Positions 48,083 through 58,013 of a stretch of DNA of 64,000 nucleotides are shown piece by piece. The notes beneath the pieces are model-generated. The model worked only from the letters and a program-made list of their open reading frames with translations. It was not told the DNA's origin and did not search any database. The stretch's first letter is position 1. Every line of letters begins with the position of its first letter. The position numbers and the translations under genes were made by a program. The DNA comes from Hyalangium versicolor. GTDB taxonomy: Bacteria; Myxococcota; Myxococcia; Myxococcales; Myxococcaceae. The stretch spans positions 300,297 to 364,296 of the forward strand of contig NZ_JAHXBF010000014.1 in the NCBI RefSeq assembly GCF_020103695.1. The letters are read 5' to 3'.

Positions 48083-50500
48083 TCAGCGGGCGGTGGGGAG
48101 CAGCTCGGCGGACTTCACCGCGGGCAGCTTGCCGGTCCTCCCGTAAAGAAGCTGGTAGGTGTTGTACGAGCGCAGGACGCGCTTGATGTAGCCGCGCGTC
48201 TCGGCAATCGGCACTTCCTCCACCCACGCATCCAGCGGCATGCCCTTGCGCTCGGAGCGCCAGCGGTTGATGGCGCCGGAGCCCGCGTTGTAGCTGCCCA
48301 CCGCGAACGGCTTGTTCCCATCGAACTGCTTGACGAGCTGCCCCAGGTAGTTGGCCCCCAGGCGGATGTTGAGGTCCGGCTCCAGCAGGGACTCGACGCG
48401 GAAGCGCTTGATCTTGAGCTGAGCGGCCATCGACTTCGCCGTGGCCGGCATGAGCTGCGTGAGCCCCAGCGCACCCGCCCAGGACAGGGCCTTCGGGTCC
48501 AGCGCGCTCTCCTCGCGCATCAGCGCCTGCAGGAGATCCGGCTCCACCCCGGCCTCCTTGGTGTGCTTCTCGATCAGATCCCGGTACGCGTTCGGATAGG
48601 CGATCTCCCACACGGGCCGCGTCTGCGGGGTGATCCGGCCGCTCAGGTCCCTGCGCAGCGACACTCGAGCCACCGCATGAGCGGCTCGCTCATCGCCCGC
48701 CATGGACAGCAGGTGGACGATCAGCCGCGAAGGCTCGGCCGGCAACCCGTTGCGGTTGACCGCAAGCAGCTCGGAGGACACCGCCTCCGGGAAGCCCAGG
48801 CGATACAGCTCCACGGCGGCCAGGAAGTGCGGATCCTTCTCCATGATAGGCCCGGTGTGCAGGGGCCACGGGCTGGCGGACTCCGCGGTGAACACCAACT
48901 GCGGGGTGATGCGAGCCAGCCGCTCCTTGTCCACCTCGCCCAGCTGCGCGCGCGCCATCAGCCCGTAGTAGGTGGCCGGGTGCTCCAGCGCGAGCTTCTC
49001 GAAGATGGACTCCGCGCCCTCCTGAGCGCCCTGCTCCTGCAGCGTCCGAGCCCGCCAGTACCGCGCCCGCTCCACGTCATAGGACTCGTCCGCGTCGGCG
49101 AAGCGCTGCTCGATCAGATCCAGGATTGCCAGCCCGCCGTCCTTGGCCTTCGAGGTGCGCGCGATCCAGAAGGACTTGAAGAGCGCCTCGCCCAGGAAGT
49201 CTCCCTGGGGGTAGTTCTTCTCCAGTTCCTCGAGCCGCTGGGCGGCCAGCTCCGGCCGATCCGTCTTCACATAGAGGTCGGCCGCGTAGAAGAGCGCGTC
49301 ATCCGCGAAGGAGTGGCCCGGGAACTCACGGGCGAGCCGCTCGTACGTCTCCATTCCGCGCTTCTGGTCCACGATGGAGCGCGACGAGCCCAGCACGTAC
49401 ATGGCGCGCGGCAGCAGGTCCGCGTCCTGGCACTTCTCCACCACCGGGGTGAGCGTGGCGATGGCCTTGGAGTGGTTGCGCTCCTTGCGCTGGCCCTTGC
49501 CGTAGGCGAAGTGCGCGCGGCAGGCGAGCGGCTCCGGCAGCTTCAGCGTGGCCAGCATCGGCTCCAGAATGGTGAGCCCCTGCTTGTTGCGGTGCAGTTC
49601 GATGAGCTGCTCGGCGCGGGCCACCTGGGCGTCCACCGGAGGCTTCATGCCCTTGAGACGCCGGTCCGCCTGCTTCGTCAGCGGCGACAACGGGTAGAGC
49701 GACCACAACCGCCACAGCGCCTCGCGCTCGCGGGCCTTGTCCTTCTTCTCGGAAGCGATGTCGGCGATGCCCAAGAGGGCCTCGGCGCCCACGTTGCGGC
49801 CGAACAGCGGCGCGGGCCGGTTCGCCAGCGGAGAGAGCGCGGCCATGGCGCCGTCATAGTCCTTCTTCTTGCGCAGCACCCGGCCCAGCGCCAGGCGCGC
49901 GTCCACGTACAGCTTCGAATCCTCGGACACCGCCGAGAGCCGCTTGGCCGCCTCGTCGTATTTGCCGAGATCCTCCAGCGCCACGCCCGCATGGGTGAGG
50001 CACCGATCCCTCAGCGCCGGGTAGTCGTCCGCCAGCGAAGCCATCTCCACGGCCGCGCGAGTGTCATCCCCGGCGCGCACGGCGCTCAGGGCCCGCAGGT
50101 AGCGCACCGGCAGCGAGTCGCCCTCGCCCTCCAGCAGCTCCCGGACCTTCAGATAGAAGCCGCGATCGAAGGCGGCCTTGGCCTCCTTCTTCCTACCCTC
50201 GGAGAAGTATGGCGCCAGGTCCTCCAGCCCATAAGCCTTGCCGAGCTGCACCTCCATCTTCGCCGGAGCCGCCTTCCGAGGCGCCTCCACCACCGGCAGA
50301 GGGAACGCGGGGTTGAAGATCTCCACATAGCCCGGAGGCAGCGGCGCCTTCTCGGCATCCGGAGGCGGCGTGAGCTGAGCCTCGGTGGGGGCACCGTCCG
50401 TGCGAGGCTCGGGAGCGCTCGTAGGCTCGGAGCCCACCGTCTGAGCGGAGGCCAGGGAGGCGAAAAAGACGAGGGCAATCAGCGAAAAGGCGGATTTCAT
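48083..50500 (-). CDS. Soluble lytic murein transglycosylase (Slt70-like: superhelical TPR-like N-domain + SLT domain)
   Basis: Signal peptide MKSAFSLIALVFFASLASA. C-terminal LMREESALDPKALSWAGALGLTQLMPATA...VGSYNAGSGAINRW. Confidence 0.75.
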   Translation of the reverse strand: MKSAFSLIALVFFASLASAQTVGSEPTSAPEPRTDGAPTEAQLTPPPDAEKAPLPPGYVEIFNPAFPLPVVEAPRKAAPAKMEVQLGKAYGLEDLAPYFSEGRKKEAKAAFDRGFYLKVRELLEGEGDSLPVRYLRALSAVRAGDDTRAAVEMASLADDYPALRDRCLTHAGVALEDLGKYDEAAKRLSAVSEDSKLYVDARLALGRVLRKKKDYDGAMAALSPLANRPAPLFGRNVGAEALLGIADIASEKKDKAREREALWRLWSLYPLSPLTKQADRRLKGMKPPVDAQVARAEQLIELHRNKQGLTILEPMLATLKLPEPLACRAHFAYGKGQRKERNHSKAIATLTPVVEKCQDADLLPRAMYVLGSSRSIVDQKRGMETYERLAREFPGHSFADDALFYAADLYVKTDRPELAAQRLEELEKNYPQGDFLGEALFKSFWIARTSKAKDGGLAILDLIEQRFADADESYDVERARYWRARTLQEQGAQEGAESIFEKLALEHPATYYGLMARAQLGEVDKERLARITPQLVFTAESASPWPLHTGPIMEKDPHFLAAVELYRLGFPEAVSSELLAVNRNGLPAEPSRLIVHLLSMAGDERAAHAVARVSLRRDLSGRITPQTRPVWEIAYPNAYRDLIEKHTKEAGVEPDLLQALMREESALDPKALSWAGALGLTQLMPATAKSMAAQLKIKRFRVESLLEPDLNIRLGANYLGQLVKQFDGNKPFAVGSYNAGSGAINRWRSERKGMPLDAWVEEVPIAETRGYIKRVLRSYNTYQLLYGRTGKLPAVKSAELLPTAR

Positions 50501-50608
50501 GGGGGCGGGCGGCTGGCCCTGGTGGATGCGCTCGGGCACGCCCGAGGACAACGGGAGACAGTCTAAAAATTTCCGGACGTGAACACAGGTTAGACTGTTC
50601 GCTCGAAC

Positions 50609-52846
50609 ATGGACATCCGCACCCAGAGCGCGCTCCTCGCGTCCCTCCTCGGCCTGGCGCTCGGGCTGTCGATGCTCCTGCGACCAGGCAGGTCGCGAGG
50701 GGTGACGCTGTATTCCGTCTTCGCCCTTACGGTGGCGGGGTACTACCTCGCTCTCTTCCTGGCGGCCATCTTCCCCGAGCCGGGCTGGGTGTCCAGAATC
50801 GCGGTGGGGGCCACCATCCTGCTGGCCTCGCTGGTACCTGGCACCGCCATCTCGTTCTTCCTGGAGTTCCTCGGCGTCAGTAAGGGCGCCAACATGCTCG
50901 GCCGGCGGCTGGGCCTGCTGTCGAGCGTGTTCGGCCTGGCAGTCGCGGTGACGCCGCTGGCGCAGACGGGCTGGGCGCGCCTGGCCGTCGGGGTGTGGGT
51001 GCTCGGCACCCTGCTCACCTCGGTGAGTCTACTGCTCAACCAGGTGCGCACCCGCGAGTCACCGATCGAGCGGCTGCGGCTCATGTACCTGGCCATCGGG
51101 GCCGGGGCCTCCATCCTGCTGACGGCGCTGGATCTGATTGGCCGGAGCTACGACATCCCCCTGCCTCCGCTGGGGTCCATCTTCTCCACGCTCTACCTCT
51201 TCTTCCTGGCCCAGACGCTGCTGCGCCTGCGGCTGATGGACCTGCACGAGCTGTTCGGAAAGATTGCCTCGCAGACAGTGTTGGCCGTCATCCTGGCGGC
51301 AGTGTTCACTGTGCTCACCGTGTGGGTGAAGGAGAACACTGGCCTCTTCGTCTTCAACACGGTGGTGGCTGCCTTCGTCATCATCATCCTCATGGAGCCG
51401 TTGAGGGTGAAGGTGGAAGAGCGCGTGGTGGCGATCTTCTTCCGCGAGCGCTTCGAGTTGCTGCGCGCGCTGGGTGCGCTCCGGGCGCGCATGGCCACCG
51501 TCATCGACATCTCCGAAGTCACGCGCATGCTGCTGGACGCGCTCCACGAGACGGGCCGCGTCACCCATACCTCCGTGTACATGCTGGCCGAGGATCGCCC
51601 GGGCTACCGGCTGCTGGACTCCCGAGGCCCGCCGCCCGAGAACTTCCTGGACACCGCCGCCGCGCGAGGCCTGTTGCTGGCGGCCGCCTCGGGGCAGAAG
51701 GCCGTGCTGCTGGAGAACGTGGAGCACCGGCTCGCCGCCCTGCGCCTGCAGGCCACCGAGGGCAAGCGCTTCCGGGACGAGATCAAGCGCCTGCAGGACA
51801 CGCGCTCGGCGCTGGTGCAGATGAAGTCCGGCATCTCCGTGCCCCTGGTGGGCAATGATCGGGTGATCGGCTTCCTGAACCTGTGGGACGAGCGAGTGCC
51901 GGAGGCCTACGCCTCGGACGAGATCGCCCTCATCCTCTCGGTGGCCGAGCGCGTGGCCACGGTGCTGGAGAACTCCAAGCTCTACGAGAAGATCCGCGAG
52001 CGCGATCGCCTGGCCGCCCTGGGCGAGATGGCCGCCGGCCTCGCGCACGAGATCCGCAACCCGCTGGGCGCCATCAAGGGCGCCGCGCAGTGCCTGGATC
52101 CCAAGCGCCTGCCCGGCGAGGACGGCGAGTTCCTGGGCGTCATCGTCGAGGAGGTCAACCGCCTCAACGGCGTGGTGACGGCGTTCCTCGACTACGCGCG
52201 CCCGCTCAAGCAGAGCTTCGGGCCCACGGACCTCAACGAGGTGGTGACGCGCACCATGCGCCTCATCCAGAACGACGTGCCCAAGCAGATCGAGCTGGCC
52301 GTGCAGTTGGATCTCACCGTGCCCCGCGTGGACGCGGACGCCGAGCAGCTCAAGCAGGTGCTCATCAACCTGGTGCAGAACGCCGTGCAGGCCATCGGCG
52401 CCACCCCCGGCCGCATCACCGTGGGCACCGTCAAGCACGATCGCTTCGGCGAGTTCCGCGGCAACCTCCACGAATACGTCGAGGTCCACGTCTCCGACAC
52501 CGGCCCCGGCATCCCGTTGGAGCAGCAAGAGCACATCTTCGTGCCCTTCTTCACCACCAAGGAGAAGGGCACGGGCCTGGGCCTGGCCATCTGCCAGCGC
52601 ATCGTCAAGAACCACGGGGGCAGCATCTCCGTGCACAGCCGGCCCACCGAGGGGTGCTCCTTCGTCATCCGCCTGCCGGCCCTGCCCGCGGAGCCCCCAG
52701 CGCTGGAGCCCCCTGCCACGGAAGGCGCGGCTGCGCCAGCCCCCCCTCCCGCGCTCCCCCCGGCCACGGAGGACTCCCGGGAAGCCCTGGCAACCAAGTC
52801 GCCGGAGACCCGCCCCAAAAGGGAAAAGAAGCGCAAGGCCAGTTGA
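50609..52846 (+). CDS. Membrane sensor histidine kinase (multi-TM + GAF + HisKA + HATPase_c)
   Basis: About 7 TM helices in the N-terminal 270 aa. H-box LAALGEMAAGLAHEIRNPLGAI. N/G boxes LINLVQNAVQA, SDTGPGIP, GTGLGLAICQRIV. Pro/Ala-rich tail. Confidence 0.8.
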   Translation: MDIRTQSALLASLLGLALGLSMLLRPGRSRGVTLYSVFALTVAGYYLALFLAAIFPEPGWVSRIAVGATILLASLVPGTAISFFLEFLGVSKGANMLGRRLGLLSSVFGLAVAVTPLAQTGWARLAVGVWVLGTLLTSVSLLLNQVRTRESPIERLRLMYLAIGAGASILLTALDLIGRSYDIPLPPLGSIFSTLYLFFLAQTLLRLRLMDLHELFGKIASQTVLAVILAAVFTVLTVWVKENTGLFVFNTVVAAFVIIILMEPLRVKVEERVVAIFFRERFELLRALGALRARMATVIDISEVTRMLLDALHETGRVTHTSVYMLAEDRPGYRLLDSRGPPPENFLDTAAARGLLLAAASGQKAVLLENVEHRLAALRLQATEGKRFRDEIKRLQDTRSALVQMKSGISVPLVGNDRVIGFLNLWDERVPEAYASDEIALILSVAERVATVLENSKLYEKIRERDRLAALGEMAAGLAHEIRNPLGAIKGAAQCLDPKRLPGEDGEFLGVIVEEVNRLNGVVTAFLDYARPLKQSFGPTDLNEVVTRTMRLIQNDVPKQIELAVQLDLTVPRVDADAEQLKQVLINLVQNAVQAIGATPGRITVGTVKHDRFGEFRGNLHEYVEVHVSDTGPGIPLEQQEHIFVPFFTTKEKGTGLGLAICQRIVKNHGGSISVHSRPTEGCSFVIRLPALPAEPPALEPPATEGAAAPAPPPALPPATEDSREALATKSPETRPKREKKRKAS

Positions 52847-52932
52847 GTCCGCTTGATACACTGTTACACGGTGAGTCGTAGGCGAGCGGCCCACCCATGG
52901 GGTAGAAACCCCCTAGGAGTTCGGAGAACCGA

Positions 52933-53970
52933 ATGAGCAAAGCGATTCAAGTCCTCCTCACGGACGATTCCCCCACGATGCTGCAGGTCCTCACGCGCCT
53001 GCTATCGGCCCAACCGGACGTGACCGTGGTGGGGACCGCTCGCGACGGTGAGGAGGCAGTGGCGCTGGCACGCTCGCTGAAGCCCGACGTCATCACCCTG
53101 GATGTGCAGATGCCCGGCATGGACGGGCTGGGGGCCACCGAGCGCATCATGGCGGAGACGCCCTGTCGCATCCTCATGGTCTCCGGGGCGCCGGACACGG
53201 ACCTGTCCTTCCGCGCGCTCCAGGCCGGAGCGCTCGAGGTCATCTCCAAGCCGCAAGGTTCGCCGGAGGACGTGGCGCGCTTCGGCGTGCGCCTGCTGTC
53301 GGCCATCCGGCTGCTGGCCGAGGTGCCGCTCGTCACCCAGCGCCACGAGGGCCGCAACACCGCGCCCAATCTCCCGGAGAACGCCCGCGTGGCGGGCTTC
53401 GCGCTGGCCTCCTCCATCGGCGGCCCCACGGCGCTGGCCTCGCTGCTGTGGCTGCTGCCGCGCAGCCTGCCCTACCCGCTCTTCATCGCCCAGCACATCA
53501 CCCCCGGCTTTACCGTGGGCCTGCACCGCTGGCTGTCGTCGCTGTCCCCGCTGCCGGTGGAGATCGCCCGCGCCTCCGAGCAGCCCCGGGCCGGCACCGT
53601 CTACCTGGCTCCGGACGGCCACCACCTGCGCGTGGGCATGCAGGGCGAGATCGTCATCGAGAAGGCCTCGGGCAGCACCTTCCCCTCGGGGGATCTGCTC
53701 CTGGCGTCGCTGTCGCGCGCGTACGGCTCGCATGCCGCCGGCGCGGTGCTGAGCGGCATGGGTGAGGAGGGAGCCGTGGGGCTGATGGCCATCAAGCGCG
53801 CGGGAGGGCTCACCTTCGCGCAGGATCCGCAGACGTGTCTTGTCGCCGGCATGCCGGAGGCGGCCCTGCGCAACAAGGCCACCGACCATGCCGTGTCCCC
53901 CGAGGCGCTCGCCACCATTCTCCGCTCGCTCGAGGGCATGCCCCCGCCGGGGTCCCCGCCGGGCCTCTAA
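52933..53970 (+). CDS. CheB-like response regulator / protein-glutamate methylesterase, paralog 1
   Basis: REC (VLLTDDSPTMLQ...ITLDVQMPGMDG) plus CheB methylesterase domain (SSIGGPTAL, FIAQHITPGFT, LSGMGEEGAVGL). Confidence 0.8.
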   Translation: MSKAIQVLLTDDSPTMLQVLTRLLSAQPDVTVVGTARDGEEAVALARSLKPDVITLDVQMPGMDGLGATERIMAETPCRILMVSGAPDTDLSFRALQAGALEVISKPQGSPEDVARFGVRLLSAIRLLAEVPLVTQRHEGRNTAPNLPENARVAGFALASSIGGPTALASLLWLLPRSLPYPLFIAQHITPGFTVGLHRWLSSLSPLPVEIARASEQPRAGTVYLAPDGHHLRVGMQGEIVIEKASGSTFPSGDLLLASLSRAYGSHAAGAVLSGMGEEGAVGLMAIKRAGGLTFAQDPQTCLVAGMPEAALRNKATDHAVSPEALATILRSLEGMPPPGSPPGL

Positions 53971-54048
53971 ACGAGCGCTGGCCGGGACGGACCGTTTGAG
54001 GCATGAGACGGTCCCCACAACCCGCTCGCTCCCCTGTTCGAGGCGCAC

Positions 54049-55098
54049 ATGAGTTCCACCATCCGAGTCCTCATCGCGGATGACTCGCCCACCATGCTGA
54101 AGATGTACTCGGCGCTGCTCTCGTCGGCGCCGGACATCCAGGTCATTGGCACCGCGAAGGATGGGGCGGAAGCCCTGGAGTTGGCTCGGACCCTGAAGCC
54201 GGACGTCATCACCCTGGATGTGCGCATGCCGCGCATGGACGGGATCGAGGCCAGCTCGCGCATCATGAGCGAGGCCCCCAGCCGCATCCTCGTCATCTCC
54301 GGTGCGGTGGATGCGGAGATGTCCTTCAAGGCGCTGCAGGCCGGAGCGCTCGAGGTCATGCCCAAGCCGCGGCCCGGCCTGGAGGGCCTGGCCAACTTCG
54401 GCGTGAAGCTGATCCACATCATCCGCACCATGGCCGAGCTGCCGCTGGCCGAGCGCCGCCCCGCGCCCACCGTTCAGCCGCCGGCGCCCACGGTGCCCAC
54501 GACGCCCCAGGGCCGGGTGAATGGCTTCGGGCTGGTGGCCTCCACGGGAGGTCCGCCCGCGCTCTGCCTGCTGTTGTCGCTGCTGCCGCCCAAGCTGCCC
54601 TACCCCATCTTCATCGCCCAGCACGTGTCGGACGGCTTCACCGCGGGCCTGTGCCAGTGGCTGGGGGCGGCCTCCACCCTGCAACTCGAGGTGGCGCAGA
54701 CGGGCACCCGGCCTCAAGCGGGCCATGTGTACCTGCCTCCGGACGGGCACCAACTGCAGGTGATGCTGACGGGTGAGCTCCTCGTGGAGCCGATTCCGGC
54801 CGCGAAGACGGCGCTCGGGGACACGCTGCTGGCCTCGCTGGCGCTCGCCTACGGCAACCGGGCCGGCGGCGCGGTGCTGACGGGCATGGGCTCGGATGGA
54901 GCCTCGGGGCTGCTGGCCATCCGGCGCGCCGGGGGCATCACCTTCGCGCAGACGCCGGAGAGCTGCGTGGTGCCCGGGATGCCCGAGGCCGCGCTGCGCA
55001 ATGGTGCTACGGACGTAGTGCTCTCGCTGGAGGGGCTGGCCTCGGCCATGCGTGCCCTCTCGGGAGCCACCGCGGCGACTCCTACCGTAAAGAATTAA
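54049..55098 (+). CDS. CheB-like response regulator / protein-glutamate methylesterase, paralog 2
   Basis: REC plus methylesterase; ASTGGPPAL, FIAQHVSDGFT, LTGMGSDGASGL (canonical Ser-His-Asp). Confidence 0.8.
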   Translation: MSSTIRVLIADDSPTMLKMYSALLSSAPDIQVIGTAKDGAEALELARTLKPDVITLDVRMPRMDGIEASSRIMSEAPSRILVISGAVDAEMSFKALQAGALEVMPKPRPGLEGLANFGVKLIHIIRTMAELPLAERRPAPTVQPPAPTVPTTPQGRVNGFGLVASTGGPPALCLLLSLLPPKLPYPIFIAQHVSDGFTAGLCQWLGAASTLQLEVAQTGTRPQAGHVYLPPDGHQLQVMLTGELLVEPIPAAKTALGDTLLASLALAYGNRAGGAVLTGMGSDGASGLLAIRRAGGITFAQTPESCVVPGMPEAALRNGATDVVLSLEGLASAMRALSGATAATPTVKN

Positions 55099-55242
55099 GG
55101 GGCTTTCGGGCCTCTGCGTCTCGGGGACGCAGGGTCGTTGCGGTTGGCAATACGACCCAAGGCGTAGGCTCGGCGCTGGACAGCAGGTAGAATCCATCAA
55201 GTAGGATTCCTGTCTCCAGCTGCGCACTCGCCGACCCCCGAG

Positions 55243-56289
55243 GTGCACATGTCCAAGCCCATCCAGGTTCTTCTCGCCGATGACTCGCCCACCATCCTGA
55301 GGATGTTCTCGGGACTCCTCGCTTCCGCTCCGGACATCCGCGTCGTCGGTACCGCAAACGACGGAAAGGAGGCTGTCGCGCTGGTCCAGTCGCTCCGCCC
55401 GGACGTCGTCACCCTGGATGTGCGCATGCCCCGGATGGACGGGATCGACGCCACCGAGCGCATCATGGCCGAGTCTCCCAGCCGCATCCTCGTCATCTCG
55501 GGAGCCATGGACGCGGAGATGTCCTTCAAGGCGCTGCAGGCCGGGGCGCTCGAGGTCATGCCCAAGCCCACGCCCGGCAAGGACGGAGGGCTGGCGAACT
55601 TCGGCTTCCAGCTCATCAGCACGATCCGGACGATGGCGGACATCCCGCTGTCTCCGCGCAAGTTGCTGGTGGCCCACCCCACGCCCCCGCCGATCCTCCG
55701 AAGTGGACGGGTGAACGGCTTCGGGCTGGTGTCCGCGACGGGAGGGCCTCCTGCTCTGGCGATGCTGCTGTCGCTGCTGCCTCCGAGCCTCCCCTACCCG
55801 GTGTTCATCGCCCAGCATGTCTCGGTGGGCTTCACCTCGGGCCTGCGCCAGTGGTTGGCCGCGGCCTCGCCGCTGACCATGGAGGTGGCACGTAGCGGTA
55901 CCCGGCCCCTGCCCGGCCATGTCTACCTGCCTCCGGATGGACACCAGATGCAGGTGCTCTCGTCCGGGGAGCTGCTCGTGGAGCCGTTCCTCGGCCGCCA
56001 CGCGACACCGGGAGACACGCTGCTGTCTTCGCTGGCGCGCGCCTATGGGAACCGGGCGGGCGGCGCGGTGCTCACGGGCATGGGCTCGGATGGGGCCTCG
56101 GGGCTGCTGGCCATCCGCCGCGCTGGAGGCCTGACGCTGGTGCAGCACCCGGAGAGCTGCGTGGTGCCCAACATGCCCGAGGGGGCGCTGCGGCTGGGTG
56201 CATCGGAGACCTCGCTCACGATCGAGGCGATGGCCTCGGCCATGCGAGCCCTGTCCGGGGCGATGCCGACCGTGCCCCTTCGGAGCTGA
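55243..56289 (+). CDS. CheB-like response regulator / protein-glutamate methylesterase, paralog 3
   Basis: REC plus methylesterase; VSATGGPPAL (Ala at the Ser position), FIAQHVSVGFT, LTGMGSDGASGL. Confidence 0.8.
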   Translation: MHMSKPIQVLLADDSPTILRMFSGLLASAPDIRVVGTANDGKEAVALVQSLRPDVVTLDVRMPRMDGIDATERIMAESPSRILVISGAMDAEMSFKALQAGALEVMPKPTPGKDGGLANFGFQLISTIRTMADIPLSPRKLLVAHPTPPPILRSGRVNGFGLVSATGGPPALAMLLSLLPPSLPYPVFIAQHVSVGFTSGLRQWLAAASPLTMEVARSGTRPLPGHVYLPPDGHQMQVLSSGELLVEPFLGRHATPGDTLLSSLARAYGNRAGGAVLTGMGSDGASGLLAIRRAGGLTLVQHPESCVVPNMPEGALRLGASETSLTIEAMASAMRALSGAMPTVPLRS

Positions 56290-56430
56290 TCTGCCCTTGG
56301 GGGCAAGGCTCTGTCAGCCTGTCGGCTTCGTCAGCCCCCCATCACTCCGCCTGTGCTCGCAAGGACAGTGCGGGCGGATAAGCGCAGCGGGGGGTCGCGG
56401 ACTGTCGACCCCGGATCGAGGTTGGCACGG

Positions 56431-57813
56431 ATGCAAGTCGGCAAGTACCAGCTCGTCCGCAAGCTCGCCGTGGGGGGCATGGCTGAGGTCTTCCTCGCCA
56501 AGGTGGCCGGCCCCATGGGGTTCGAGAAGGAAGTGGTCGTCAAACGGATCCTCCCGCACCTGGCGCAGGAGGACGGCTTCATGGAGATGTTCCTCACCGA
56601 GGCCCGGCTGGCGGCGCGGCTGAACCACCCCAACATCGTCCAGATCTTCGACTTCGGTCAGGCCGCGGGCAGCTACTACCTGGCCATGGAGTACATCGAC
56701 GGCCTGAACCTGCGTGCGCTCATGAAGCGAGTGACCACGCTGAAGATGGCGCTGTCGCCGGTGCTGTGTTCGAAGCTGATCGCCACGGCTTGCGAGGGGC
56801 TGGCCTTCGCGCACGATCTTCGGGATCCGAACACGGGGCTGCACCTGGGGCTGATCCACCGGGATGTGAGCCTGGACAACATCCTGCTGTCGCGGCAGGG
56901 CGCGGTGAAGATCGTGGACTTTGGCATCGCGAAGGTGGCGGACCAGAGTCACCGCACGCTGACGGGGGTCGTCAAAGGCAAGCTCTCGTACATGGCTCCC
57001 GAGCAGATCCGGGCCAAGCCGCTGGATCACCGGGTGGACGTGTACGCGCTGGGGGTCGTGTTCTACGAGATGCTGACAGGGCGCAAGCCGTTCAACGCGA
57101 CCACCGAGGCCAGCATGGCGCAGGCGATCCTCTCCGAGCCGCCCGTGCCCGCGGTGGAGCGGAGGCCGGATCTGCCCAAGGCGGTGTCGCGGATCCTGGA
57201 TCGAGCGCTCGCGAAGGAGCGGGAGCACCGCTACCCGGACTGCCGTGCGTTCCAGTCGGACCTGGAGGACTACATCTTGTCCACGGGGAAGAAGGTGGGT
57301 GCGCACCGGATCGCCCTGTTCGTGTCGAAGATGATGGAAGTGACGCCTGAGGAGCCCTCGGCTCCGCCGGCCGATGCGCCGCGTGTCACGCCACCACCGC
57401 CGCCGCGACTCACGCCGCCGCCACCGCCGCGATTGGCACTGCAATCGCAGCAGGACGAGACGTTGCCGCCTTCTCCGCAGAAGGACGAGACGTTGCCGCC
57501 CTCTTCGCCACGGAGAGCCTCACCGGCGCCTCGGCCGGGGCAGGCCATCACGAAGGTGGAGCACAACTCGAAGCTCGGGGTCAGCACGGAGCCGGACACG
57601 AGGCCTTCCCGGCTCATGGAGAATTCGCATTCGGCGCAGACCATCCCAGAGCACCTGATCCTCGAACCGCACCAGCGGACCGGGTGGCTGTGGGCCCTGG
57701 CCTGCGTGGGGATGCTCATCGTCGGAGGTGGCTTCCTGGCGTGGCGCCTGGGCGGGGAAGAGCCGCCTCCGAAGCACGAGCCTCTCCCGAGCACGGCGCT
57801 CAAACGGGACTGA
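56431..57813 (+). CDS. Membrane-anchored Ser/Thr protein kinase
   Basis: [45 protein letters not shown]. Pro-rich repeats, then C-terminal TM helix [20 protein letters not shown]. Start at MQVGKYQ. Confidence 0.8.
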   Translation: MQVGKYQLVRKLAVGGMAEVFLAKVAGPMGFEKEVVVKRILPHLAQEDGFMEMFLTEARLAARLNHPNIVQIFDFGQAAGSYYLAMEYIDGLNLRALMKRVTTLKMALSPVLCSKLIATACEGLAFAHDLRDPNTGLHLGLIHRDVSLDNILLSRQGAVKIVDFGIAKVADQSHRTLTGVVKGKLSYMAPEQIRAKPLDHRVDVYALGVVFYEMLTGRKPFNATTEASMAQAILSEPPVPAVERRPDLPKAVSRILDRALAKEREHRYPDCRAFQSDLEDYILSTGKKVGAHRIALFVSKMMEVTPEEPSAPPADAPRVTPPPPPRLTPPPPPRLALQSQQDETLPPSPQKDETLPPSSPRRASPAPRPGQAITKVEHNSKLGVSTEPDTRPSRLMENSHSAQTIPEHLILEPHQRTGWLWALACVGMLIVGGGFLAWRLGGEEPPPKHEPLPSTALKRD

Positions 57814-58013
57814 TCAGTCTTTCTCGTATTATGTAGGGCTGAGCTTGCTGGTGTGGCCAACCGTAAGCAAGGCACGACATCCGAGCAGGAGCCGGAGCGA
57901 ATCCGCCTGCCTACAAAGCCCGTGGGTTCCTAGCGCGAACACGCCCCGGCATATCCTCCCCTGCCGGGTGTCAGCCCCCTAACCTGTACCCCTGCTCGCA
58001 CAAAGGGGTACCC

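Larger units (their letters stand above)
52933..56289 (+). repeat. Tandem triplication of a cheB-like gene (about 1.1-kb units)
   Basis: Three consecutive same-strand paralogs with co-linear protein similarity and short intergenic spacers. Confidence 0.8.

Noticed and set aside
48083-50566. 957-aa + strand ORF 47693..50566
   Set aside because: Antisense to selA and to the Slt gene, and the translation is Arg/Gly/Leu-rich and low-complexity.
53002-56148. 1048-aa ORF on the minus strand spanning all three cheB-like genes
   Set aside because: It is antisense to three well-supported REC-CheB genes. Its translation is Arg/Gly/Ala-rich low-complexity sequence, the typical stop-codon-poor artefact of about 70% GC DNA.
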